Assembly (NCBI GenBank): GCA_018672055.1
Contig: JABHGM010000001.1
Coordinates: forward strand, 264,884-328,883
Direction: 5' to 3'
DNA length: 64,000 nucleotides
DNA from: a bacterium
GTDB lineage: Bacteria; Patescibacteriota; Patescibacteriia; UBA1558; UBA10009
The translations under genes were made by a program, and so were the position numbers. Numbering within the stretch: position 1 is the stretch's first letter; each line of letters opens with the position of its first letter. A model generated the notes under the pieces. That model searched no databases, was not told where the DNA came from, and saw only the letters and a program-made list of their open reading frames with translations. Below are positions 38,063 through 48,192 of this stretch, piece after piece.

Positions 38063-38141
38063 TAGTAGAATATATTTAAAGAAAAGCGATGTGTTAATTA
38101 ATTAGTAACTCATATTTTTTTTCGCTAAAATTTATATATAT

Positions 38142-41006
38142 ATGACCAACCCAAATTCTAATTTTGATTCAGAAACTGAGACAAAAACATCAGATTTTGA
38201 TATTGCAAAAGAGCCTAAGACAGAAAAAGCTCCTTTTTTATTTAAAAAAAGTAAATCAGGCCTTGAATTTAATAGATATTTTACTAAAAAAGATATTCAT
38301 CCTTATGATGAGATTACTTGGGAATCTAGAGATGCTTCCATAACTAATTCTGAGGGTGAAGTAGTATTTTCTCAAAAAGGCGTTGAAATACCTAAGACTT
38401 GGTCACAAACTGCTACTAATATTGCTGTACCTCATTACTTTAGAGGTAGAGTTGGCACTAAAGACAGAGAGACTAGTGCTAAGCAAATGGTTGACAGAGT
38501 AGCTCAAACTGTTTCTAACTGGGGTTTAGAGGGTGATTATTTTAAATCTGAAGATGATGCTAAAATATTTGAAACTGAACTTACAGCTATTCTTATAAAT
38601 CAACGGGCTGCATTTAATAGCCCTGTTTGGTATAACGTAGGAATTGAAGAACATCCACAGTGTAGTGCTTGTTTTATTAATTCTGTTCAAGATGATATGC
38701 GTTCCATTCTTAACTTATCAGTTACTGAAGGAATGCTTTTTAAATTCGGTTCAGGTACAGGTACTAATTTATCTGTACTTCGTTCTTCTAAAGAATATTT
38801 AGCTAATTCTAATGGTAAGGCTTCTGGTCCTGTTTCATTTATGAAGGGCTTTGATGCTTTTGCTGGAGTTATTAAATCTGGTGGTAAAACAAGAAGAGCT
38901 GCTAAGATGGTTATTTTAAATGTAGAGCATCCAGATATTGAAGAGTTTATTAACTGTAAAGCACATGAAGAGAAAAAAGCTTGGGCTTTAATTGAAATGG
39001 GTTATGATGGTTCTTTAAATGGTGAAGCTTATGGTTCTGTATTTTTTCAAAATGCTAACAACTCAGTAAGAGTTGTAGATAATTTCATGCAATCTGTTAA
39101 AGATGAAAAGGATTGGAATACTAAATATGTTTCAACTGGTGAAGTAGCAGATACTTACAAAGCAAAAGATTTAATGGATCAGATTTGTGAAGCTACTTGG
39201 ACTTGTGGTGATCCTGGTTTACAATTTCATACAACTATAAATAAATGGCATACTTGTCCAGAGAGTGCAGTAATTAATGCTTCTAATCCATGTTCTGAAT
39301 ATATGTTTGTTGATGATAGTGCTTGTAACTTATCATCTATTAATTTATTAAAATATAGACAAGAAGATGGTAGTTTTGATGTCGAAGGTTTTAAACACAC
39401 AGTTGAAATAATGATAACTGCTCAAGAAATAATAGTTGAGAATTCAAGTTATCCAACTCCAGCTATTGAACAGAATTCTCATGACTTCAGACCACTTGGT
39501 CTTGGTTATGCTAATTTAGGAGCTATCCTTATGAGTAATGGTTTACCTTATGATAGTATTGAAGGTAGAAATTTTGCAGGAGCTGTTACCTCTCTTATGA
39601 CTGGTTGGGCTAATTATCAATCTGCTAAACTTGCTCAAGTTAAGGAACCATTTAAATATTATGAATTAAATAGTAAATCTATGCTTAATGTTATTAGTAT
39701 GCATAGAGAATTAGCCTATAAATTAGGCGCTTCTGGTGTATCACCAGAACTTTTAAAAGCTTCACAAGATGTTTGGGATAAAGCATATGATTTAGGACAA
39801 GAAGCAGGTTACAGGAATGCTCAAGTTTCTGTATTAGCACCTACTGGTACTATTGGTTTTTTAATGGATTGTGATACTACTGGTATTGAACCTGATATTG
39901 CTTTAGTTAAGTATAAATGGTTAGTTGGTGGTGGTATGCTTAAGATTGTAAATCAAACTGTACCATTAGCTCTTAAAACTCTAGATTACAAAGATGAAGA
40001 AATTGACAGTATTTTAGAATATATTGATAAGAATGAAACTATTGAAGGGGCTCCTAAATTAAAAGAAGAACATATTCCAATATTTGATTGTGCTTTTAAA
40101 CCTAAAAATGGTGATAGGACTATTCATTATATGGGTCATATTAGAATGATGTCAGCAGCTCAACAATTTTTATCAGGTGCTATTTCTAAGACAGTTAATT
40201 TACCTGAAGATGCTACTGTAGCAGATATTAAAGAAGTATATATGACAGGTTGGGAACTTGGACTTAAAGCTATTGCAGTATATCGTGATAATTCAAAGAG
40301 AACTCAACCACTTACCCTTAAAGATAGTGAAGTAGGTGCTATAAAGAGTGATGTAATTAAACCGGCTCGTCATAGAATGCCTATGGAAAGAACTGCTATA
40401 ACTCATAAGTTTTCTATTGCCAGCCATGAAGGTTATTTAACAGTTGGATTATATGAAGATGGACAGCCTGGAGAATTATTTATTTCTATGTCTAAAGAAG
40501 GTAGTGTTATATCTGGACTTATGGATTCATTTGCTGTTTCCATATCAGTTGGTTTGCAATACGGAGTACCTCTTCCAGTTTTAGTTAATAGATTTATTCA
40601 TACACGTTTTGAACCATCAGGTTTTACTAATAATCCAAATATTAGAATAGCTAAATCAATTGTTGATTATATTTTTAGATGGTTAGCTATTAAATTTTTA
40701 CCTGCTGAAGATTTAATGAAAGTAGGTTTAAATAATATTGAATCATTAACTAATGGTGATAGCAAAGGTGATTTAGAGAAGTTAACTAAGCTTGCTAGTA
40801 AAGAGGAAAAAGTAGAAGATGATAAAGAAGATGAAGTGGCTTATCAACAAACAGCTTTAAATTTAGAAAAAGAAGATAGTAGTGATAATACAACATTTGA
40901 CATGCAAGCTGATGCCCCTATTTGTGATACTTGTGGTAGTATGATGGTAAGAAGCGGTGCTTGTTACAAATGTATGAACTGTGGAAGCTCATCTGGTTGT
41001 AGTTAG
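38142..41006 (+). CDS. nrdJ: class II (adenosylcobalamin-dependent) ribonucleotide reductase
   Basis: FNSPVW, CSACFI, SNPCSEY, APTGTI; C-terminal TSCPD-like domain and Zn-ribbon. Confidence 0.95.
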   Translation: MTNPNSNFDSETETKTSDFDIAKEPKTEKAPFLFKKSKSGLEFNRYFTKKDIHPYDEITWESRDASITNSEGEVVFSQKGVEIPKTWSQTATNIAVPHYFRGRVGTKDRETSAKQMVDRVAQTVSNWGLEGDYFKSEDDAKIFETELTAILINQRAAFNSPVWYNVGIEEHPQCSACFINSVQDDMRSILNLSVTEGMLFKFGSGTGTNLSVLRSSKEYLANSNGKASGPVSFMKGFDAFAGVIKSGGKTRRAAKMVILNVEHPDIEEFINCKAHEEKKAWALIEMGYDGSLNGEAYGSVFFQNANNSVRVVDNFMQSVKDEKDWNTKYVSTGEVADTYKAKDLMDQICEATWTCGDPGLQFHTTINKWHTCPESAVINASNPCSEYMFVDDSACNLSSINLLKYRQEDGSFDVEGFKHTVEIMITAQEIIVENSSYPTPAIEQNSHDFRPLGLGYANLGAILMSNGLPYDSIEGRNFAGAVTSLMTGWANYQSAKLAQVKEPFKYYELNSKSMLNVISMHRELAYKLGASGVSPELLKASQDVWDKAYDLGQEAGYRNAQVSVLAPTGTIGFLMDCDTTGIEPDIALVKYKWLVGGGMLKIVNQTVPLALKTLDYKDEEIDSILEYIDKNETIEGAPKLKEEHIPIFDCAFKPKNGDRTIHYMGHIRMMSAAQQFLSGAISKTVNLPEDATVADIKEVYMTGWELGLKAIAVYRDNSKRTQPLTLKDSEVGAIKSDVIKPARHRMPMERTAITHKFSIASHEGYLTVGLYEDGQPGELFISMSKEGSVISGLMDSFAVSISVGLQYGVPLPVLVNRFIHTRFEPSGFTNNPNIRIAKSIVDYIFRWLAIKFLPAEDLMKVGLNNIESLTNGDSKGDLEKLTKLASKEEKVEDDKEDEVAYQQTALNLEKEDSSDNTTFDMQADAPICDTCGSMMVRSGACYKCMNCGSSSGCS

Positions 41007-41019
41007 ATTTTTAACAAAA

Positions 41020-41112
41020 TATTTTTAAATTAAGGAACAGGGTTAAAATCCTTGGCAGTCGCGCTACTGTAACTTAAATATTATTTAAGAAGTCAGGAAC
41101 TTAATTTAAGAT
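41020..41112 (+). ncRNA. cobalamin riboswitch
   Basis: AAGGAACAGGGTTAAAATCCTTGGCAGTCGCGCTACTGTAA...AAGTCAGGA closed by a ttaaattaag/cttaatttaa stem; upstream of B12 genes. Confidence 0.85.
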
Positions 41113-41207
41113 TTATTTAATCATGTCTCTTCGCGAAAAAGAGTAGGTGATGATTTCTATTTTGAAAATGATCTTGAATAATTTGAGGTTATTCAAAAAT
41201 AGAAATT

Positions 41208-41240
41208 AAATCCCTCTTCTTTTTAGAAGAGGGATTTTGT
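41208..41240 (+). terminator. probable riboswitch expression-platform terminator
   Basis: aaatccctcttct-ttt-tagaagagggattttg. Confidence 0.6.
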
Positions 41241-41274
41241 TTAAGTATTGCAAATTAAAATAAAGGAGAGAGAA

Positions 41275-41613
41275 TTGAAAAGAAATAACTTTATCTACTT
41301 AATATTAGTTAGTTTATTTGGATATCTATTTGGTTTCCATAGAATAAATTATCGTACTATTAGAGATATACTTGATGAGCATCATCCAGGTTGGCAAGCT
41401 TGGGATTATCCAGGTATTAATGGTCAGGGTATTTTGTCTGCGCCAGGTTTGGGTAGTAATGGAATTTTTGAGATTAAAGTAAATGGTCAGCATATATTAG
41501 GATCATCAGCAAATATTGATTTTCCTATTACCAGATTTGATCATTTAGAAATTAATAACTGGATATATCGTGGTCAAAAAAATAATCAAGCTAAACCAAA
41601 TCAAGTTCGTTAA
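41275..41613 (+). CDS. hypothetical protein
   Basis: AAAGGAG SD before TTG at 41275; hairpin after the stop. Confidence 0.5.
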   Translation: MKRNNFIYLILVSLFGYLFGFHRINYRTIRDILDEHHPGWQAWDYPGINGQGILSAPGLGSNGIFEIKVNGQHILGSSANIDFPITRFDHLEINNWIYRGQKNNQAKPNQVR

Positions 41614-41661
41614 GGGGGAGGCCTTTCCCCCTTTCTTTACCTATTATTAAATTATATATAT

Positions 41662-43440
41662 ATGAAAAAGAAATTTATTATTTTAACTATCCTTTGCTTA
41701 GTTTTAAGCTTTAGTTTAGTTAGAGCAGAAGTAGATCAATCAACTATTGATTATTTAGTTAGTGAATCTCAGAATCAATGGATTACTATGGCTCTTAGCG
41801 CTGTTGGTTATTCTAATCCTGATATTAGTTATATAGATTCTCTTAATTTAATTACAGCTAATGATTATTCAAAAACTATTTTAGCTTTAACTTCTGTAAA
41901 TGAGAACCCCTATGATTATAATAGTAAAAATTATGTATCATATGTAGAAGATTTTGTAAATAATAATCAAATTGGTGATCCTACTTTATTAAATGATGAT
42001 TTTTGGGGTGTTATGGCTTTAAGATCATCAGGTTATGATGTAAATAATAGTGTTATTCAAGGAAGTAAAGATTTTCTTTTAAGTAATCAAAATTCTGACG
42101 GTGGTTTTAGTTATGTAGTTGGAGGATCTAGTGATACTAATGATACTGCCGCTGCTATCATGGCTTTACTTGAAGCAGGTTTAGAAAATAGTTCTTCTGA
42201 ACTTCAAAATGCTATTAATTATCTTCAAAGTTTTCAAAATTCTGATGGTGGATTTCCATATGTATCTGGCAGTGTTTCTGATTCTGGTAGTACTGCTTGG
42301 GTTATATCAGCTCTCTCTAAATCTGGTATTGATATTAATAGTTTAGATCAAGATGGTAATACACCTTTTACTTTTTTAGATAGCCTTTTTAATGAAGATG
42401 GTTCATATAAGTGGGTTTTAGATGATGAACAAGGTTCTGCTATGATGACATCATATGTAGCTGTAGCTCTATCAGATAGTACCTATCCTGTTAATTACTA
42501 TACTCCCGAGGTTGTAACTAATGAGTTAGTTAATTTAAGAATTGAAAGTAGTAGTGAAACAGTTTGTGATATTCAGCTTGAAGCTAGTGATGCTTTAGAA
42601 GTTGTAGTTAATGCTTCCTCAATTTGTGGTTTTGATTATAATATAGAAGAAACAGGTTATGGTCCATATTTAAATATGATAGATGGTGAAGTGGCAGAGG
42701 GTGAATCTGGTTGGCTCTATTTGGTAAATTGGCTATCACCTCCTGTAGGAGCTAGTGAATATGAATTATTAAATGGTGACTCAGTTCTTTGGTATTATGG
42801 TGGGTGGGATATTCAACCACTTCGTTTAACTTTAAGTGATGAACAAATAGAATTAAGTGAAAGTGTTACTATTCTAGTTGAATATTTTAATGGCATAGAT
42901 TGGTTTGTAGCTAACGAAGCTTCAGTAAGTGTAAATAATGAAATTCATTTAACTGATGATACAGGGCAGGTAGTTTTAAATTTAGCTTCAAATGGTAGTT
43001 ATGATGTTTATGCTTCTAAAGAGAATTTTATACGTAGTAATACAGAAGAATTAATAGTTGGTTCAAGTAATAATTCTCAAACAGTTAACTTAACAGTTAA
43101 TATTGATAATCCAGGAGGAGGCGGTGGAGATGATGTAATATCTTTTATAGTTGATACTAATAGTTTTGATTTTGGAACTATGCAACCTGGTGGTGAAGCT
43201 ATTCAATCATTAAATGTTACTAATAATGGTACTACAGCTCTTTACTTAGAAGTAACTGCTACAGGTGATGATGTTTTTCAAGATAACCTATATGTAGATA
43301 ATGAATTTTGGGAAAATTATTCAGATGACTATGGCTTAAGTCAAACAAAAGAGGTAGAATTAAAATTACAAATTCCTACTAATTATGCAGGAAGTGGTCA
43401 AAAACAAGGTGACCTAATTTTCTGGGCTAATGGTAATTAA
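41662..43440 (+). CDS. secreted prenyltransferase/squalene-oxidase-repeat + DUF4430-like protein (transcobalamin-like B12 binder)
   Basis: QNSDGGF repeats, SDTNDTA, GWLYLVN...VGA...GDSVLWYY. Confidence 0.8.
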   Translation: MKKKFIILTILCLVLSFSLVRAEVDQSTIDYLVSESQNQWITMALSAVGYSNPDISYIDSLNLITANDYSKTILALTSVNENPYDYNSKNYVSYVEDFVNNNQIGDPTLLNDDFWGVMALRSSGYDVNNSVIQGSKDFLLSNQNSDGGFSYVVGGSSDTNDTAAAIMALLEAGLENSSSELQNAINYLQSFQNSDGGFPYVSGSVSDSGSTAWVISALSKSGIDINSLDQDGNTPFTFLDSLFNEDGSYKWVLDDEQGSAMMTSYVAVALSDSTYPVNYYTPEVVTNELVNLRIESSSETVCDIQLEASDALEVVVNASSICGFDYNIEETGYGPYLNMIDGEVAEGESGWLYLVNWLSPPVGASEYELLNGDSVLWYYGGWDIQPLRLTLSDEQIELSESVTILVEYFNGIDWFVANEASVSVNNEIHLTDDTGQVVLNLASNGSYDVYASKENFIRSNTEELIVGSSNNSQTVNLTVNIDNPGGGGGDDVISFIVDTNSFDFGTMQPGGEAIQSLNVTNNGTTALYLEVTATGDDVFQDNLYVDNEFWENYSDDYGLSQTKEVELKLQIPTNYAGSGQKQGDLIFWANGN

Positions 43441-43443
43441 AAT

Positions 43444-44007
43444 ATGAAGAAACTATTCTTAATCTTATTACTTTTTTTCTTTAGTTTTAATGTTGCTTTA
43501 GCAGCTGGTTTGGCTGTTACTCCTGATAACCTATATATTGAGACTAAAGTAGATAAGATAGCTGAAACAAGCTTAATGGTTAAGAATATATCTACTAAAG
43601 CCGCTCTTTACAGTATCTATACTGATGAACTTGCTGATCAGATTGAAATAATACCTAATTTATTTCAATTAATGCCTAATGAAAGTATGAATGTTATAAT
43701 TCAAGCTAAGCCTAATAATTCTGGTATTCAAGCTACAGTTATTTCAGTTATTGCTCAAGATTTAAATAGGAAAGAGTTTAATGCTGGTACTGGTGTTAAA
43801 GTAGATTTAGTAATTAAAGCATTAGCACAAGATAATGTGGTAAGATCTATTATTAAATTATGGTTACTTATCATCATAACTATTTTAGTAATTATTATTG
43901 TTTATTTAATAACTAGATACAGGCAAAGACAAAGTTTTTGGTATAAGGTAAAGCATCCGGTAGAGTTGATGCATAAGAAACCTTGGTATAAAAAAATATT
44001 TAAATAA
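43444..44007 (+). CDS. secreted Ig-like protein with C-terminal TM anchor
   Basis: Signal peptide, GLAVTP...VKN, C-terminal TM. Confidence 0.65.
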   Translation: MKKLFLILLLFFFSFNVALAAGLAVTPDNLYIETKVDKIAETSLMVKNISTKAALYSIYTDELADQIEIIPNLFQLMPNESMNVIIQAKPNNSGIQATVISVIAQDLNRKEFNAGTGVKVDLVIKALAQDNVVRSIIKLWLLIIITILVIIIVYLITRYRQRQSFWYKVKHPVELMHKKPWYKKIFK

Positions 44008-44008
44008 T

Positions 44009-44551
44009 ATGGAGGACGCTCAAATACAAGTATATACTGGAGAAGGCAAGGGTAAAACTACAGCATCTTTAGGACTAGCTATTAGAGCCTTAGGCAGAGA
44101 TAAGAAAGTGATTACCATTTACTTTGATAAGGGTGGTGATCATTATGGTGAAAGAAAGATTTTAGATGAATTAAAAAGTGATAAGTTTAATTATTTAGTA
44201 ACTGGTTTAGAAAGATTTGATTCAAAGACTAAGAAGTTTAGATTTGGAGTAATCGACAGAGATGTAACTGAAGCTAAAAGAGGTTTAGAACTCATTACTA
44301 ATGAATTTAAAAAAAATAGTGTTGATTTATTAATTTTAGATGAGATTAATAATTCAATTAAATTAGGTATGTTAGACATTGAAGATGTATTAGAGGTATT
44401 AAAAATGAAACCAAAGAATATGGAACTTGTTTTAACTGGCAGAGATGCTCATCCAAAAATTATTGAACTTGCAGATTTAGTTACTGAAATGAAAATGATA
44501 AAACATTATTATAATAAAGGCTTAGATGCTAGAGAGGGAATTGAATATTAA
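44009..44551 (+). CDS. cobO: cob(I)alamin adenosyltransferase (CobO/BtuR type)
   Basis: YTGEGKGKTTASLG, LILDEI, ELVLTGR, ADLVTEM, AREGIEY. Confidence 0.92.
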   Translation: MEDAQIQVYTGEGKGKTTASLGLAIRALGRDKKVITIYFDKGGDHYGERKILDELKSDKFNYLVTGLERFDSKTKKFRFGVIDRDVTEAKRGLELITNEFKKNSVDLLILDEINNSIKLGMLDIEDVLEVLKMKPKNMELVLTGRDAHPKIIELADLVTEMKMIKHYYNKGLDAREGIEY

Positions 44552-44562
44552 AATTTTAACTT

Positions 44563-44997
44563 ATGAAATTATTTAAATTATTATTAATTGCTCTTATTTT
44601 CTTTATTGCTGGATTTTTTGTAGGACAAGGATATAATTTGCCAGTGAATAATGAAAGTAATGAAAATATTGAGATTGGGCAATTATCTAATTTAACAATA
44701 GCTATTTCTTTTTCAGACATTAATGTAATGGAAATTCAAAATTTAGTTATTGATAGTAATAAATCAGTTTTAGATTTATTAAGTTTAGTTGTTGAGGAAA
44801 ATAATATAGAATTTAGTCTTAGAGACTATGGTGACTTAGGTTATTTAGTTGAAAGAATCGGTGACATGAAAAATGGTGATGATAATAAGTTTTGGCAATT
44901 CTGGATTAATGGAGAATATTCTCAAATTGGAGCAGCTGATTACTTAGTTCAAAGTAATGACTTAATTGAATGGAAGTTTACGGATAATCAATATTAA
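44563..44997 (+). CDS. DUF4430-like protein
   Basis: GYLVERIG...FWQFWINGEYSQIGAADY...DLIEWKF. Confidence 0.82.
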   Translation: MKLFKLLLIALIFFIAGFFVGQGYNLPVNNESNENIEIGQLSNLTIAISFSDINVMEIQNLVIDSNKSVLDLLSLVVEENNIEFSLRDYGDLGYLVERIGDMKNGDDNKFWQFWINGEYSQIGAADYLVQSNDLIEWKFTDNQY

Positions 44998-45021
44998 ATT
45001 ATAATTAATATATATAACATT

Positions 45022-45561
45022 ATGAAAAAACAGTATTTAATCTTAATTCTGGGCTTAGCAATATTAGGGGTTTTAATGCGTTTAATGCCTCATCCTGCTA
45101 ATTTCTCACCACTTATTGCCATATCTTTGTTTGCTGGCTATTATTTGCCTCGTAAATGGGCAATTATCTTACCTATGGGTATTATGTTTTTAACTGATAT
45201 GTTTTTAGGCTTTTATGAGCTCCCTATTATGTTAACAGTTTATGGTTGTTTCTTGATGTCAGTTTTTATTGGTAAGTATCTAAAATCAAGAGGTAATGCT
45301 TTAACTATCTTAACATCTACCTTAGCCTTATCTATTCTTTTCTTTTTAGCTACTAATTTTGCTGTTTGGTTTTTTAGTCCTTGGTATAGTCATGATTTAA
45401 ATGGATTGTTAATGACTTTTACTTTAGCTATACCATTCTTTAAGAATAGTTTAATGGGTAATGTATTTTTTACCTCTGTTCTATTTGGTGGTTTTGAAAT
45501 AGTTAAAATAGCTAGATTTAGTTTAGTTACTAAACTTAGAGAAAATAAATTAAAAGTATAG
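45022..45561 (+). CDS. putative cobalamin transporter membrane component (DUF6580/ECF S-like)
   Basis: RLMPHPANFSP...FFLATNFAVW...AIPFF; B12 locus context. Confidence 0.75.
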   Translation: MKKQYLILILGLAILGVLMRLMPHPANFSPLIAISLFAGYYLPRKWAIILPMGIMFLTDMFLGFYELPIMLTVYGCFLMSVFIGKYLKSRGNALTILTSTLALSILFFLATNFAVWFFSPWYSHDLNGLLMTFTLAIPFFKNSLMGNVFFTSVLFGGFEIVKIARFSLVTKLRENKLKV

Positions 45562-45564
45562 TCT

Positions 45565-46578
45565 ATGTGGTTTGTATTTATAATATTAATATTACTATCA
45601 GCGTTTTTCTCAGCTTCAGAAATTGCTTTCTTTTCACTTGGTCCAGCTCAAGTAAAAATGATGATTCAAAAAAAAGAATCTAAAGCTAATTTAATATATC
45701 GTTTAAAGAAAAAACCTCAAGAATTATTAATTACTATTTTAATTGGTAATAATGTAGTAAATATATTAGGTGCTTCTTTAGCTGCTGTTATTTCTGTTGA
45801 AATATTTGGTAGTTTGGGAATTGGTATTGCTACTGGTATGGTTACTTTGTTTGTTTTAATCTTTGGTGAGATTATTCCAAAATCTATTGCTCAGAAAAGA
45901 AATAAAGAGTTTGCTAGATTAAGTGCTCCTTGGCTTTACTTAATATCTATTATCTTATGGCCAGTTACTAAAGTGTTAGTTTTTGTAAATAATATATTAT
46001 TAAAGAAATTATTTAAAGACAAAGGTAATAAATTAGTTACTGAAGAAGAGATTAAATCATTAACTAGGCTTGGCGTAGAAACTGGTGCAATTCAGTACAA
46101 GGAAAGAGAAATGATTGAAAATGTATTTAGTTTTAATGATATTAAAGTTGGTGAAATAATAACTCCAAGGTATAAGGTGACGTCATTAAATGGTGAAGTG
46201 CCAATCGAACAGATAACATATTTTGCTGGTCAAGAAGGTCATTCAAGATATCCAGTTTATGAAAATGATGAGGATAATGTAATTGGTTATGTTCATAGTA
46301 ATGATTTAATGAGATTTTTAAATAGTGATGAACGTGAAAAGCTAGTTAAAGAAATAGTAAGACCTGTATCAAAAGTATCAGAAGAGAGAAAGATAGAGCA
46401 GATTTTTAGAAAAATGATTAGTCTTAAAGAGCATTTATTTTTAGTAACCCGCAGGGAAGATAAAGATGAGATTATTGGTATTGTTACTATGGAAGACATT
46501 TTAGAGGAATTAGTTGGGGAAATTGAAGACGAAATAGATGCTTTAAATAATAATCAAAAAAAAGCGAATAATACATAA
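45565..46578 (+). CDS. CNNM/DUF21-CBS (hemolysin-like) protein
   Basis: LSAFFSASEIA, ILIGNN, FGEIIPK, SRYPV, GIVTMEDILEELVGEI. Confidence 0.9.
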   Translation: MWFVFIILILLSAFFSASEIAFFSLGPAQVKMMIQKKESKANLIYRLKKKPQELLITILIGNNVVNILGASLAAVISVEIFGSLGIGIATGMVTLFVLIFGEIIPKSIAQKRNKEFARLSAPWLYLISIILWPVTKVLVFVNNILLKKLFKDKGNKLVTEEEIKSLTRLGVETGAIQYKEREMIENVFSFNDIKVGEIITPRYKVTSLNGEVPIEQITYFAGQEGHSRYPVYENDEDNVIGYVHSNDLMRFLNSDEREKLVKEIVRPVSKVSEERKIEQIFRKMISLKEHLFLVTRREDKDEIIGIVTMEDILEELVGEIEDEIDALNNNQKKANNT

Positions 46579-46689
46579 AATAAATAGCTAATATTAGCTA
46601 AATACTTAATGATTCTAAGTCTTTACATTATTGCTATTTTATGTTAAATTTAGGGAAGAAATATCCCTTATTTTTTTACCCAAAATATT

Positions 46690-47298
46690 ATGAATATTAC
46701 ATATTACGGAGCTACTTGTTTTAGATTACAGAATAGTAAAATTTCAATATTAATTGATCCGCCTGATAATAAGACAGGTTTAAAGTTACCAAGAATGCAA
46801 AATGATATGGTACTTTTTACTCATGACAAAGATGGTAAAATTAGCGGACAATCATTTATTATAAACTGTCCTGGGGAATACGAAGTTAAAGGTTCCTTTG
46901 TTTATGGTGTTGGAGCTAAATTTGGTAAAGATGCTAAGACTATGTATTTAATAGAAGTCGAGGGAATTAAAATAGTTCATCTTGGCAATATTGATGATGC
47001 TAAATTAAACGAAGATCAATTAGATAAATTAGACGGAGTTGATGTATTAATGGTACCTGTTGGCGGTGGAGATTCTTTAGATAATAAAAAGGCTATGGAA
47101 GTAGTAAATAGTATTGAACCAAGAATAGTTGTACCAATGAATTACAAAGTAAAAGGTTTTAAGACTAAAGTAGAAACAGTTGATAAGTTTAGTAAAGATT
47201 TATCCGCTAAGTCAGAGACAGTAAAAAAGTATAAGATATCTAAAAAAGATTTACCACAAGATGATATAAGATTAGTTATTATTGAACCTTCAAAATAA
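46690..47298 (+). CDS. MBL-fold hydrolase-like protein
   Basis: ITYYG...IDP, PGEYEV, HLG, VPVGG, IEPRIVVPM. Confidence 0.85.
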   Translation: MNITYYGATCFRLQNSKISILIDPPDNKTGLKLPRMQNDMVLFTHDKDGKISGQSFIINCPGEYEVKGSFVYGVGAKFGKDAKTMYLIEVEGIKIVHLGNIDDAKLNEDQLDKLDGVDVLMVPVGGGDSLDNKKAMEVVNSIEPRIVVPMNYKVKGFKTKVETVDKFSKDLSAKSETVKKYKISKKDLPQDDIRLVIIEPSK

Positions 47299-48034
47299 TG
47301 ATATGCCAGAGCCAACGTCAAAACAAAAGCTTGCTATTACTATCTATGTAATAGTTCTGGTTTTAGTAATTGGTTCATTATGGATTTTCTTTTTTAAAAA
47401 GGAATTAAGCAAGAATTTAGTAAATAGTTCCAAAGTAAATATGGCATCTTCCTGGAGTTCATTAACAAGTATATTTTCAGAAGGTAAAAATGCTGTTAAT
47501 CAGTTTCAAGATAATTTAGATAGATTAAATGAAAATCAAGAATTAGATGATGATACAAAGACTAGATTATTAGAAGCAGTTAATAAAAAGTTAGAAGATA
47601 ATAAAATTGATCAATTAAGTTTTTTAGAGAATGATAATTTAAAATTATTTTATCCAAGCAGTTGGTTTATATCAGAAGAAGCTGGAATAATTAATTTAGC
47701 TAGTTATGATTTAGAAAATAATTTATTACCAGATACTAGAGCTGGTTTAGAAATTATTAAGTATAGTAATTCAGAGAGCCTATCAAAAGAGGAATGGTTG
47801 ATAAACTTAGAAAATAATTCATTAGCCTACAGTGTGGAAACATTAACAATTAGTAGTATTGAGTCATTAAAACATGTTACAGATTATCCTGAAAATAATA
47901 CTCAAGTAAATACATATTTAGTGCCATTAGATAATTTTATGCTAGTAATTAGGGTAGATATAGTAAATAGCTATCTTGATGATTATTATAAAATAATTAT
48001 AGAGAATATAATTAATTCAATAATTATAAAATAA
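47282..48034 (+). CDS. membrane-anchored hypothetical protein with PsbP-like C-terminus
   Basis: N-terminal TM; FYPSSW motif; start uncertain. Confidence 0.6.
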   Translation: MNLQNNDMPEPTSKQKLAITIYVIVLVLVIGSLWIFFFKKELSKNLVNSSKVNMASSWSSLTSIFSEGKNAVNQFQDNLDRLNENQELDDDTKTRLLEAVNKKLEDNKIDQLSFLENDNLKLFYPSSWFISEEAGIINLASYDLENNLLPDTRAGLEIIKYSNSESLSKEEWLINLENNSLAYSVETLTISSIESLKHVTDYPENNTQVNTYLVPLDNFMLVIRVDIVNSYLDDYYKIIIENIINSIIIK

Positions 48035-48192
48035 AAATATGAAGTTTAAACACATTCCAGCAGTTATAGTTATTGCGCTTGCTATCTCATGTTTTTGCGT
48101 CTTAGTTGCCGTATTAACATTTGCATTCGCTTAAAGTATAACAAAATAAATAAATTAGAGGGTATAATTATATAAAATATTTGATTTTTAAT

